A program made the translations under genes and the position numbers. Below, piece after piece: positions 23,701 through 35,338 of a DNA stretch of 64,000 bases; position 1 is the first letter of the stretch, and every line of letters begins with the position of its first letter. The stretch comes from Cyanidioschyzon merolae (Eukaryota): the NCBI GenBank assembly GCA_000091205.1, contig AP006494.2; one strand, given 5' to 3'. The notes beneath the pieces were generated by a model. The model did no database searches and had not been told where the DNA came from. It worked only from the letters and a program-made list of their open reading frames with translations.

Positions 23701-24588
23701 GACTAACTCCAGCTTCACCGAGCTTTGGTCCACCTCGAGACGCGCTCGTTCCCTTTCTATCTCGGCTATACGCTGCTCAATTTCCTCAAGCTCTACCTCA
23801 AGACGCCGGCACTCCTGATGCATCTTACCGAGTTGAACGCCTTCATGCTGTCGCTCATGCTCCAAAGACTCCAGCTGGGTTTTCAGTTCGGTGAGCTCGC
23901 GCTCGTATATAGCTCTCTCCAGCGAGCGCCTTTCGCGGTCAACTTGCTGATAAGCAACCAATTGCTCCTTCTCATTTTCAAGTTCCTGCAGCCGTTTCTC
24001 AATATACTCCAGAATCTCGCGGATCTTTGCTCGCTTTCCGATGCTCTCTTCAAGGATGCGGAGGGATTCGGCACGCTTCTCCTCATAGGTGCGTGTGCCA
24101 GCGATTTCCTTCAGGAGCTCAAGTCGCTGATCGTCCTTCATCGTACAGAGAGCAGCGACCTTTCCCTGTTGCACGATATAGTACGGATTTGAACGAGAGA
24201 ATCCGGCACTCTCAAAGAGAGCCGTAACCTCAGCTCGGGAGACACTCCGACGATCAAGCAGATACTCGTCTTTTTGCAACCCAAACATTCGCCTGAGCAC
24301 AACCCGGGAACGTTCGATTGGCAGACGCCCGTCACTGTTATCGAAAGTGACTTCTATGAACGCAGATAGCACACGCCCAGATGGGCCTTCATGTAGAAGA
24401 GCAGACCGCTGCTCGGCGTTGAGACCGGGTCCCGCGTCCCCAAGTAGCAGACGCACGGCTTCGAGCAGGTTCGATTTTCCTGAACCATTGCGCCCGACAA
24501 CGACGTTTAACCCTTCGTGAAACGGACCGATAAACGTTTCGTCCTTATATGACTTCCATCCACAGATTCGGATCGAGTGGATGTGCAT
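20719..24588 (-). CDS. SMC3: SMC3 (cohesin subunit), single exon.
   Basis: The N-terminal Walker A reads [22 protein letters not shown]. Long coiled coils flank a hinge. The C-terminal signature reads [36 protein letters not shown] (SMC3-type DPAPFY). The likely true start is [11 protein letters not shown] at 24588; the caller's ORF extends 53 codons further upstream. Confidence 0.9.
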   Translation of the reverse strand: [1289 protein letters not shown]

Positions 24589-24876
24589 GAGCCTTGTCCT
24601 CTGCCGGGCAGTTGTGAAAGGGCCCGCGATAGCGCCTCTGGAACTAACGAGGACTCGGTGCAGGGCACACCCGAGTGCTCCGCGCCAATATCGTACCCGC
24701 GCGCGCGAATGGCGCCGCGCATTTCGATTCGCCATGGAGGTCGACATGGACGCCCGTTATCAAGTTGGTACAATTGTATAAAATATGGAATATATGGATT
24801 AGGTACTTTTCAGAATGGAAATGGACGGTGCTCTGACCGTACTAGGTTGCACGCACTCGGGGTTTATGTATCTTGA

Positions 24877-26213
24877 CACGATCATCAACTCCAGCCTATA
24901 TGGGGTTTGTTCTGTAATTAGATTCTCCACCGTTCTCTTACGAGCGGATTGCAATACCTTGGACGTCTCTTGTCCTCTAAAATCGTTTACAGCAGTCAAA
25001 GGGTGATGACGGCAGCGCTCAAGTCCAGAGTTCACAGCATCCTGCAGTTTTTCACGTATTGCATGCATAGACGCAAGTCACAGTTCCCATGTCTTCTTCG
25101 TACACATCTGAGTGCGTCCTTCACACCAGTGACACTCGGCTGTGGTCAGCAGGCGATCGAATACGTCCTCGACAACGCCGCCCCCACGAGCTGTCCTGCA
25201 GCGCGTGAACGCTCGCGGCATCACTCGATGGATGCCCTTGACGCATACTGAAAGCACCCAGCGAGGCGCTCGCTTCCGTTCCCGAGCCCCGTACCCTACA
25301 CTGGGATCATCCGCTTCAGCTGAGCGATATCCTCAGCGAGTGTTGTATCGGCTGTGGGCGCAAGCGCACGCTGTTCGATTCGGCGGAGGAGTTATGGAAT
25401 GCAATCTAGTCCGCCATGAAACGTGTACAGAAACGTACGTTCAAACCGGAGAACAAGCCGATAGACTCCGATCCGTCGACGCTTGTCTCGTACGTAGCGG
25501 TGGCGCATGCCCTACTGGTACCGAGTGCTGCGATGACCCCAGTCCGCTTCAGTCCACTTTTCCATGCGAGAACAGGAGAGACGAGCGCTTCTGGCACCAG
25601 CAGCAGCAGCAGCAGCAGCAGCACCAACGCGCCCTGAGAGGCATCACGCTGGTACTGAATGTCGATTCTTCACTGGTCATCACGAAAGGAGGATTTGTTT
25701 TCCGAAATGAATCGATCATTTGACGTGACAAGGCCAGTGGACGTTCAGCAAGCGCTCGTGAACAATGCGTCAGAGGACGACACGTCGGGGTTTCTCGCGT
25801 TGCGAGCCCCGCTGAACGTCTCGCAGTGCGCACACGAGTTGCCTTGAGCCCCAAAATATAAGATCGATCATGTAGAGACTTCGTGATTTAAACATACTGC
25901 ATGTCAGAAATGGAGAAGAGTCGAGATACGTGCGAATGAAGTGTATCATGGTGTCACTGTATCGGTTGGTTGACGAACGCACGTACGAAAGCGTCGTGAA
26001 GCATCTTGATATCGGTGACGCCAGGAAATCCAGCAGCCGGGCGTCGAAGAGACCCCCGCGACCAGACCAGCGATCATCCTAGAAGTACGAATGAATCCGT
26101 GATCCCCCATTGCTGTACCTGGGCTCTCGATGCTGGGCATCTAGAAACGTTCGGAACTACATCGCCAGGCATGCATGGAGCATGCAGCTCAGCACTCCAT
26201 TCTATACTGACAC
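24877..26213 (+). repeat. Dispersed repeat, copy B (1337 bp) of the 1.33-kb direct repeat family.
   Basis: The same termini and internal sequence as 6593..7917, in the same orientation. It carries a longer (CAG)n tract. Confidence 0.85.
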
Positions 26214-28153
26214 GGGTACAGGAAAGCGCATCAAGACAGCGTTCTCGATTTACATCGGCACTGAGCTTTAGGTGATTGCGAGATTGCAATCGGGGCTCCC
26301 AACGGTGATTAATATGCAAACCGTTAAGCTGATGTCCGCTTCGAATAACTCACCGCCGACAAGACATGGAACCACTCATCGTCCGGGAACCATGTTCGGT
26401 TCGGGACCCGGGAATGAATCCATACTCTTGGATCTGACGGTAACGCAAAGAGTCTCGGTTGCAGGAGTCTCGCCAACAAAGGGCATCTATGATTTTTTGT
26501 CTGAGAAAGACTTTTGTCAGTGCGAGCAATCAGATTCTCCGTATGCTACGGTATGTGCTCTGGTATTTGAAGCGAAAGGATGGGTGTCGGGAACAGAGCA
26601 GATTACCTTGGAGTAGATGCTCCCACATCTTCCGAATATTGCTCCATTGGTTCTCGATTTTCGCCTTTGCAATGCAAGATACCAATGGCGACACACCTAG
26701 TGAAGAGAATCTCGTTGTTCAGTGCACCCATGGGGGGATTGAGCCTTCTATGGAGGGAAACTGGCGCTCGACAACCCTTCTCGACGCTCAGTGGTCGATC
26801 GCTGGTCACGTATTTCCAAGAGCATCCTGAAGCGGACTGTTTCATTTACCAGCTCGTTTTGAGGAGCACCAAAGATACTCCGCCATCTTTATTCATCCTT
26901 ATATATGGACAGCCAGCACATGTAGAATCCGAGCGGAGAATCGTGCTCTGGCACGAACTATTGGGAAAGCGAACGCACCCGGCGGCACCCGGGTCGGAAA
27001 CAGCCTTCAGAAAGTCGACTAGACTGCCACGGTACAATACAACGTCCTATTGATCGATCACCTCATTGGGGTAGGTTTTGCTTCCATTTGTTGCCGTAGT
27101 CGTTCGACGAAGCGATGCTCCGAGAGACGCTTTCCCAAAAGTTCGTGAAAGCATTTCCAGGCAACGGCGCCAAGCAGGCGCGCAAGACTCGCATCTCTCG
27201 CAGCGCTAGCTCGACTTGTGTCGCGCAGCTTGCCTGCCTCGATGAACAACGAATCCTGTTACCAATTTGAGCGATCAGGGTAAATGAGTAGACGCTCAGC
27301 TTGTATCTTTTCCAGAGGAACGAACGGATCCTCGGTTAGCACTTAGTCTCTGGCGCGCACATGTTGCAAGGGTAATGGACACTCGAGAATCCACGAATTC
27401 GGTCTCTGGACAGCTCACAACGATTCAGCGTGACAGGTACTACTTCAACTCTGAAACGTTTCCTTTTGTTGAGTGAGGCGAGCACTCATCGCTCCCGTAA
27501 TAAGCCTCTGCGTTTCGATCCAAAACCAATCATGTACGATGCAATGCATGACGGTCTCGTACAGAATCGCGCTTCTTTCTGCGTCCATCCGTGGCTCTTC
27601 ATCACCGCCCATATCAACACTACGGAAAATTCATACCCAATCGCTTCTTCGGCAGTGTTTCTTAGACAGTCTACAGATTGGAGTGGATTGACAAGGAGAC
27701 AGCCGCGTAAATGGAGTCTGATAATGTCTGATATAGGTGCACATCGTTCAAGACAACGCCTACGCGATGAGTGGTTCATTAAGCTGCTGAGAGCAGAATT
27801 CTTAACTTGTAGAGACAGGTCCATTTTCTCGTAATGTCGGTGACAGCATAAAGTCATTCCGCAACCTTTCGACAACCTGCAGGAAACATTCTTTTTGTTG
27901 AACACCTGCGACAAAAAGAATCAAAAACAAAATATACATGCTGGTATGAATAGTGCAGAACTCAGCATTCCGCGTACAGCGATATCCGGCAGGCAAAACC
28001 TCTTTCGTGATCTTTTCATGCGGTTCAGCCTGCACATATCGGCGCAACGCCCGCCGTCGTGCATGAATTCAAAATACCTGTCGTTGTAGCATACTCTATT
28101 AGCCGCAAATTTGCAGCCAGATTGCATGCCGCAAGCGGTTCACGAGTACAGAC

Positions 28154-28993
28154 TCAGACGCTTGTTGGCGATTTGATAATGATGTCGCCTGGGCTCTGCC
28201 AGGTCCACGCACTTGTTACAACAGCGCTGCCGCGTTGTCCGCCATATTGCAGCTCGCGATAACGAGGCACTTCTTCTAGGCACCGCAAGACACAGCCAGG
28301 TGATCCGCCTTGATCGGAGGCATCTCGCCAGTGCGACTTGAACACGGACATGACGAGATGTTCGAGTTCTGCAGCGGTGCAGTTGCAACTCGTTATCACG
28401 AGCATCGACTTGTTTTTAATTGGGTTCAGCCATTCGAATATGCATCGACCAATGTACGCATGTACTTTCGCCATGTCGCCGCTGAGAAGGATGGCGTCCA
28501 GAGTGCCCTTGTCGTGCACGATTTCCACATGGCCGTCGCTCGTCGGCGGCGAATACGTAAGCACGTCACTAACCTGGAGGTCCAGCTGAACCTCTTTTCG
28601 GACTGACTCATCCCAGAGCTGGACAAAACTTCGTTTCGCGACCCGAACGCCGTAGATGGAAGCGTCAAAGCCATAGAGGCGTCGAAAACCGTACTTGTGC
28701 GCAAGTTCGCGTAGAAACTCACCGTTACCACAGCCGACGTCGAGCAGCCGCAACCGCTCGACGTCACACCCAGCTGTCTGTTGAAGCCAACGACCGAGAT
28801 GCGGTCGTGTCCAGCGTTGGAACCAATCCTCGAGAACCTCAGGGTTCTCTTCGAACTGCTCCAGTTCGTTCGCGTAGAACGCTTCCCAGTATTGCACATC
28901 GCCGAGTTCGCAAACACGCGTAGCTTCCTTAGTGGACGCACTTGCCTGCAACTGGGACGCTGCGCTCACATCGTGATCTCCTAACTGGTCCAT
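28154..28993 (-). CDS. Class I SAM-dependent methyltransferase, METTL10/Efm4-like (eEF1A lysine methyltransferase family).
   Basis: The N-terminal region reads YWEAFYANELEQFEE...EDWF, followed by motif I LLDVGCGNGEFLRELA and downstream FDASIYGV. The ATG is at 28993; the caller's upstream extension uses an alternative start. Confidence 0.6.
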   Translation of the reverse strand: MDQLGDHDVSAASQLQASASTKEATRVCELGDVQYWEAFYANELEQFEENPEVLEDWFQRWTRPHLGRWLQQTAGCDVERLRLLDVGCGNGEFLRELAHKYGFRRLYGFDASIYGVRVAKRSFVQLWDESVRKEVQLDLQVSDVLTYSPPTSDGHVEIVHDKGTLDAILLSGDMAKVHAYIGRCIFEWLNPIKNKSMLVITSCNCTAAELEHLVMSVFKSHWRDASDQGGSPGCVLRCLEEVPRYRELQYGGQRGSAVVTSAWTWQSPGDIIIKSPTSV

Positions 28994-31900
28994 TCGTGAA
29001 CGCAGTACCTGTGCAAGAACCCAGCGACGACTGCACACCCGTGCGGAGCCACAGCTTTCAGGGAACGTTCCAATGCCTTACAGCTCACTGACGCAGATGC
29101 ACGCCCGGCGACAAGCAAATGACGATTTGATCCATGGAACAGTGCGATGCATGCTACCGGAGAGCACGAGCAACCACGACAGAATCTACCCCGATGCAAC
29201 GCTCTCCAGGAAAAACCTCATGTCACTTTGCATGTCGACTCCCGTGCCAGCGTCGGGTAGAGCGTGATCCCGGGTCGAACGGCACGATACCGGCTGGAGC
29301 ACCTGACAGAAACCCCAGCGCCCCGATCTCAAGGAGCGTGAATCATTATGGATGGGGCTCAGCTGCTGTCGGTAACAGAGAGCGGACTGCAGATGTCATT
29401 CCCCGGATAAGTGTGCATATCTGGGACTGTTCCTGGTTGACACGTGGGAGCCGTGTGCATGCAACCAGGACGCACACCCGATCCACAGGATCGCCAGCTC
29501 GTACGCATGCATAGCCGTCTGGGCCGGTGTTACTCGACGCGGCCTGCAGAGTCGAGGCCTCTGTACTTGCAGGATTCTATATATCGACGTGCATGCATAG
29601 ACAAAGCCAGATTATCTTGTGGTATAAATTCGAACCGGTTGCGTGATGCGCAATCCAATAGAGACTTCAAGGGTGCACGAATCGGTTGGCGCTCTGCAAG
29701 CGATACACACAGCAATTGCACGATCCCATTCAGCTTGTCTTTCTTTGTCTGATCTCTGTGGATGAGAATTTTGCTCGCTTTTTGTCTCTGCGATGACAAC
29801 GCGATCGCAAAGGATCGAAAAAATCTCCAGCTGAACCTGCTTTCCTCGTGCTGTCTTTCGAGTAATGAAGGCGAGCAACCACAAAATTGACGCGTTGTTC
29901 TCCTGTTCAATTCTCTCAGAACGAGGTCCCCTGGTTATTGTTTGAGACAACCTCACGAGGACGGAAACTCTGGCTCTTGTTAAGAGACTTGAACGCCGAC
30001 GCGCGATCCTGGCTAGACGCTCGCGTCACAGTGTTATCTATGTGATCCAACGATTCTCAAAGATCCGCTCCGTCATTGAACCGCGCGAGAACGTTCGCCG
30101 CCCTTTCAAGGAAAAAATCCTTATTCGGTACGCTCGCTTAGCTAGTGACCGTATCGCGATTCTTCATACCATAACATGGGCGTGCCTGCAGCCGCCGATG
30201 CATATCCGGTTTCTACAGATGGACAGCAGTCTATGATTTTTGACCCGTACACGCGGAGTGCGAGTCGCAACAGATGAGACGCATCGTGGGCGCGCATGTG
30301 CACAACGGCCTCGAGCCTCTTCCCACGCACGTGCGTCGTTGCGCAGCCGTACAATTACTGCACCTTGAGAACGATGGCGTACGCAGCGTCAAAACAACTG
30401 GCAGCGCTGGGCACGGCGCCAGCGCGACCCCTGTTGCTGCGTCAATCTTTCCTCCGTACCTCATGGGCACATTCGCATGAGACTTGTCGAGCCTCGTGAC
30501 GTCTGGAGAGGAACACCAATCCCAGCGTCTGGTGCCGGTAGGAATCGCATAGCCGGTGTATTCTGTTTCGAACGACGCATCTGATACGGTAAAAGACAGG
30601 CATCATTTCTGCCTCGGCTGCATGCCGATGGCATGGACCGACCAAGTACGGTAGACGAGGTGCGGAACGACTGCACCCTTCTTGGATTCCAATGGAACAA
30701 TGCATTCCTTACTCTCTCCCTGCGTTGAGATTTCTTGCCCAACTTTTTTTAGATACATAGAATTGCCACTCAGAGTGAAGCAAAAAGGACTTGCGTTTTC
30801 ACAGGTAGCTTGAGCATTCTTAGTCTTTGATTTCTTCGATGCATCTTGTTCAACGCTATATTAAGGGAAATCGTTACGTTACCGAAATCAAGATGTTTCG
30901 AGACAGAATCGTACAAGGATTTATGAAAGAAGCGACCTCATAAACCAATGCAAATGTACAGGTCTAAACTCTTCTCCCTTCCCTTATGTGCACTATGCTC
31001 AAATCACGCATTCTTCAAATTATCGATCTCGCAGTTCCACGGCAGCTCGTGGGCGAAGCGAATCGCGCCCCTGGATTGACGACAAACAAGAATCGACGTC
31101 ACCCTTTGACGACTTGTTCACAAGCTCATGCCGAATGTTCACTAAACTTTTTACGTCAAACAATTCATTCCGTTAGAAAAAAGCCCTCATCTCTTTTTGG
31201 CCATCAACGACCCGATACTCAGTTCCAGCATGATGCCTTTCAGAGTCCACGCTCTCAGCGGATCCTTGCTCTTCTGTTCGCTTGGAAACGGATCTTTGAC
31301 TCGGATTTGAGCCATCGCAGCGACCGCTCCCAGTGGAGCGAGCGTCATCGCTCTGTTCCATGAAAGCGTCGACACAACGGCATGTATCGACTCGTTCTCC
31401 AGCCTGGACCCTGCTTCCGATACCTGTTTCATCATGCACAAGAATGCGTTCCCAAAATCCTCTACCAAACGGGACAGTGTGCGCTTGCGTGCGCAGCGGA
31501 CAGTTTACCCACAGACTGGGCGCCCGGAAACAAGCCCATCATCGTATTGCACGGCACTGCACAGGAATGGAGGTGCGAATCGACTTGAGCCTGCTCTACT
31601 AGTCATGGACATGTAGCGAGCGATGACGGAAGCGTTCAGGCGCCACAGGGCAGCCTGCGAAGGACGCCGTATAATGGACATACGGGAACACCTGACCAAA
31701 GCAGCGCGTCACCGCTGCGAAGCGTCCACTGAAGCTATCGACATAGACGATGAAACTGGCAAGCGAAACGTCGATGCCAAAGTCCACTTGTGCATAAAAT
31801 ACGGCGGGAACGTGCTTCGACTGCTGGAAACGAAGCTGGACGGGAGGACAGACCGGTGGATTCAAAACCGGATACAAAAAAGCGAAAAGAGGAAGCAGTC

Positions 31901-32699
31901 GACCATGAAGCCTGCCAAATCTGAGGTTGAATTTCCTTGTGAGGAGCTTTCCAATCATGAACATATACACCTGCTTTCGGTCAGTGAACCTGTCCCATTC
32001 CAATCTCACATAGGTGCATGCTGTCTGTATCTGTCTTTCATCCTATGTATACATATGATGATGTCCACATGCATGCAGTGCGCCACTGGTACTGCACGGA
32101 TCATGGCCAGATCGACTGCGGCGTGTGCGCTTGCGCGGATGCAGGTATTTTTTAGTGGACAAAACGTTTACATAGGCCAGCGTTCTCCGATTATGTGCTT
32201 TTTCCTCTCTTTTTGTGGGGGTTCAGTGCACGGTGAAGTATCCATCAAACGCCCTACCTCCAAGTTACACTACCCATACTTCTTCTCGGATTTTCAGGTC
32301 GTTTCATACGTTCTGTTTTGTGCCTAGTACCTGCCCTAATCATCCGCCTTTGCGCTTGAACCGCTGGGGCGGATAGTTCATAGAGACAGAACGGCGTTGC
32401 CGTACCACACAGAGGACGTCAGCTCGAGGCGCGCGGATGCAGGTGCCTGCGCGATCGCTCGGCAGCGCGGCGCGAATGCCGTCCGGATTGGCGCATTGCT
32501 CCGTGTGGGCTGCGGCACGCACGCACGCACGCACGCACGCTTGATTCCTGTATATCAGGCACGCATACAGGGCACGTCCTCGGGTGCAGCGTCTCGACTC
32601 GTGTTGATTGTCGAGCAAACGCTGGCTGCAGCTCTTTGGCAGAAACTTCAGTATTTCACTCAGTTCAGAGTGCTTTTGCTTCGCTCTAGACGCTGCAGG

Positions 32700-33734
32700 A
32701 TGCAGGGTGTCCGCGCGGTCGGCCTCAGCAGCGTGCGACGTGTGTACGCAGCGGCGCGTGCACACGTGCAGTCGAGCACACCTGGTGGTGGTGGTGGTGG
32801 TGGTGGTGGTGTTGGAAACTTCCTGTCCTCAAGCAATGAAAAGGCGCTCGGAGGTGTGCGCTTTGCAAGTTTAAAAGCCGTGAGGAACCGCATGCGTTCC
32901 ATAGCATCGATCGGCAAGATCACAAAAGCCATGAAAATGGTGGCTGCTGCGAAGCTTCGCGGTACACAGGCCCGTCAGGATCTAAGCAGACCTTTCGCGG
33001 CAAGCGTGCGTCAGTTCTTTGACTTGCTACCACTTGAGAAGCTCGGTTCTGAGACAAAGGCCGGTGTGGCGGAGCCGAAACGACGTCTCTTGGTCGTTAT
33101 TACTTCGGATCGCGGCTTGTGTGGTTCAGTCAACACCAACGTCTGCCGTCTGGCGCGCCAAATGCTCCCGCATGGCGCAGCAAGCCCCGTCTCCGATGGT
33201 GTCGAGACCAACATCATGGTGATAGGCGACAAGGGCCGGGACGCGCTCCAACGCACGAGTGCAGCTTTCTTCACGACCACGTTCCGGGACGTTTTCAAAG
33301 CTCCAGTATCTTTCCCACAAGCCGTGATCATTGCCGAGGAAATTCTAGCGCAAAGTCCTGATGAGGTCGTCATTTTCTACAACCGTTTCAAGTCCGCGAT
33401 TAGCCAGGTGCCAACGCAGCAGCCCTTACTGGGCCTGCAACTGCTCATGGACAACGCCAGCGTCTTTGATGGCTACGAGTTCGACTCAGACATGGATTCG
33501 TCGCAGGTAATGGTGGATCTTTTCGAGTTCGAAGTAGCCACACAGCTTTACGGGGCTTTACTTGAGAACGCGACCAGCGAGCAAGCAGCGCGAATGTCGG
33601 CGATGGACAACGCCTCGACGAATGCTGCGGAAATGCTCGACAAATTAACCCTTCAGTACAACCGCGAACGTCAAGCTGTCATTACGACAGAGCTTGTTGA
33701 AATTGTTGCCGGGGCCTCTGCGCTTCAAAAGTAA
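32700..33734 (+). CDS. Mitochondrial F1 ATP synthase gamma subunit with an N-terminal presequence.
   Basis: LKAVRNRMRSIASIGKITKAMKMVAAAKLRGTQ... matches the gamma-subunit N-terminal helix. The C-terminal helix reads ...ITTELVEIVAGASALQK. The ATG at 32700 gives an Arg/Ala-rich presequence containing poly-Gly from a (GGT)n tract. Confidence 0.85.
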   Translation: MQGVRAVGLSSVRRVYAAARAHVQSSTPGGGGGGGGGVGNFLSSSNEKALGGVRFASLKAVRNRMRSIASIGKITKAMKMVAAAKLRGTQARQDLSRPFAASVRQFFDLLPLEKLGSETKAGVAEPKRRLLVVITSDRGLCGSVNTNVCRLARQMLPHGAASPVSDGVETNIMVIGDKGRDALQRTSAAFFTTTFRDVFKAPVSFPQAVIIAEEILAQSPDEVVIFYNRFKSAISQVPTQQPLLGLQLLMDNASVFDGYEFDSDMDSSQVMVDLFEFEVATQLYGALLENATSEQAARMSAMDNASTNAAEMLDKLTLQYNRERQAVITTELVEIVAGASALQK

Positions 33735-34054
33735 CGGATTACGATGCATGCTAGGCAGATATTTAAAAATGACGTTCACGCGACAGGTCTTTTGCACTCG
33801 GTGGGAGCGTACGAAACCTGTCACCAGTACGAGCGAAAAAGCGACAAAAATCCACAGGATTTCGTGCAGTGCACGGGTTTCTCGCTGCTAGCATGGTGCG
33901 CGATAAGCACACCCCGGCAGCGTCATTCTATTTTGCATGTGACGACTGATCATCGGCCTTTCACCAGTTGTTTCAACGGTGCCTGCAGGGGAGCGTGGCG
34001 TCGTGTATCCGCGCGCAAATTTGGTTCAGTCCATTGGAAATGTACAAACGCAGA

Positions 34055-35338
34055 TCATTGCTGCGCACAGCTCACTCGCTGGGCACCACCGGGGATCCCA
34101 TTCGCGCCATGATCATCGTCGGTTTCGTAAATGTCACGAGGGCCTTCATCCATACCTGCTCGCAGTTGCGATTCATCAAAGTCGATGAGCTCAACGTCTT
34201 CCTTTTCGCTGCCGTCGACGCCATCGAGCTCCGGTTCTGCGCACCGTTGGCCGAGTGCCTCTTCAAGTGCTGGTCGATACTTCAGTTCGATAGTACGCGG
34301 AAATTCAATCTTGAATTTGACTACAAGGACGCCATGCTGGGTTGGTCTCCGATAAATTGGCATACCTTCTCCGGCAATGGTTTTGAGCGGCATCGATCCA
34401 TCAATGACCTCACCGGGACGCGACCGCACCACAAGCGTGCGATCATCGAGCGTCCGTATCGTAAAACAGACACCGCATAGTGCCTCGACCAGCTTGATGG
34501 GTTGTTCCATCAGCAGCGTGGAGCCTTGGCGCTGAAACACCGGGTGAGATTTCTGCTGCAGAACGACAACGATATCACCAGGCTCCACACCGGGTTCCTC
34601 GTCGGCCTCGCCTCTGAGAACAATCTTTTGTCCATGCGACATGCCTTTGTCGATATGAACTTCAATCACGGCGCGGTCTTCAATAACGCGCTCACCCTTG
34701 CAGGTTGGGCACTGGTACTTGCGTGGTACGGAACGTCCAGAGCCACTACATTCAGAGCAAACGGACTGAATTTGCTGCACCATTCCCGGAGCAAGCTGCC
34801 GTATTCTAACCTCCATTCCGGTGCCCCGGCATCCACTGCAGGTAAATGACACGTTGCGCGGGGCATCTGGACTGGCACCCGAGCCTTTGCACGCAGTGCA
34901 CACGCGTTTGCGCTGAATCGCGAGTTTTGTCGTTTTGCCGTTATACAAGTCTTCCAGGCTTACACGCAGCGGATGGACAACGTCTTCAGCCTTGCGTGGT
35001 CCGCGCGAGCGACCTGCGAGACCACCACCGAATAATGCTTCGAATATGTCCATGGGGTCACGGAAGCCGGGCATACCGCCGCCTTCTTTGAGGCCTTCTT
35101 CACCGAGCTCATCGTAAATTCTGCGCTTTTCAGGATCCGAAAGCACCTCATATGCGACTGTTAGCTCTTTAAACTTCTCTTGAGTATCGGCATCAGGATT
35201 CTTGTCCGGGTGCAGTCGCAGGGCCATCCGCTTGTACGCTTTCTTGATTTCCTCTGTGGTAGCGTCACGGCTTACCCCGAGCAGTTCGTAGTAAGCGGTG
35301 TTATTCACTTGCCCCCTACCGGACAAACGACCAAACAT
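34055..35338 (-). CDS. Type I DnaJ/Hsp40 (DNAJA/Ydj1-like) with a C-terminal CaaX box.
   Basis: The J domain reads [12 protein letters not shown]...LHPDKNPD. A Gly-rich region is followed by four CxxCxGxG zinc-finger repeats and a C-terminal substrate-binding domain. The protein ends in CAQQ, a farnesylation-type motif. Confidence 0.9.
   Translation of the reverse strand: MFGRLSGRGQVNNTAYYELLGVSRDATTEEIKKAYKRMALRLHPDKNPDADTQEKFKELTVAYEVLSDPEKRRIYDELGEEGLKEGGGMPGFRDPMDIFEALFGGGLAGRSRGPRKAEDVVHPLRVSLEDLYNGKTTKLAIQRKRVCTACKGSGASPDAPRNVSFTCSGCRGTGMEVRIRQLAPGMVQQIQSVCSECSGSGRSVPRKYQCPTCKGERVIEDRAVIEVHIDKGMSHGQKIVLRGEADEEPGVEPGDIVVVLQQKSHPVFQRQGSTLLMEQPIKLVEALCGVCFTIRTLDDRTLVVRSRPGEVIDGSMPLKTIAGEGMPIYRRPTQHGVLVVKFKIEFPRTIELKYRPALEEALGQRCAEPELDGVDGSEKEDVELIDFDESQLRAGMDEGPRDIYETDDDHGANGIPGGAQRVSCAQQ

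Noticed and set aside
24589-24747. 53-codon N-terminal extension of SMC3 and similar upstream extensions of NEDD8, METTL10-like, BASS, NmrA-like and ATP synthase gamma ORFs.
   Set aside because: Several caller starts are non-ATG (TTG or GTG). Homology begins at the internal ATGs. The extensions are just open upstream sequence in GC-rich DNA.
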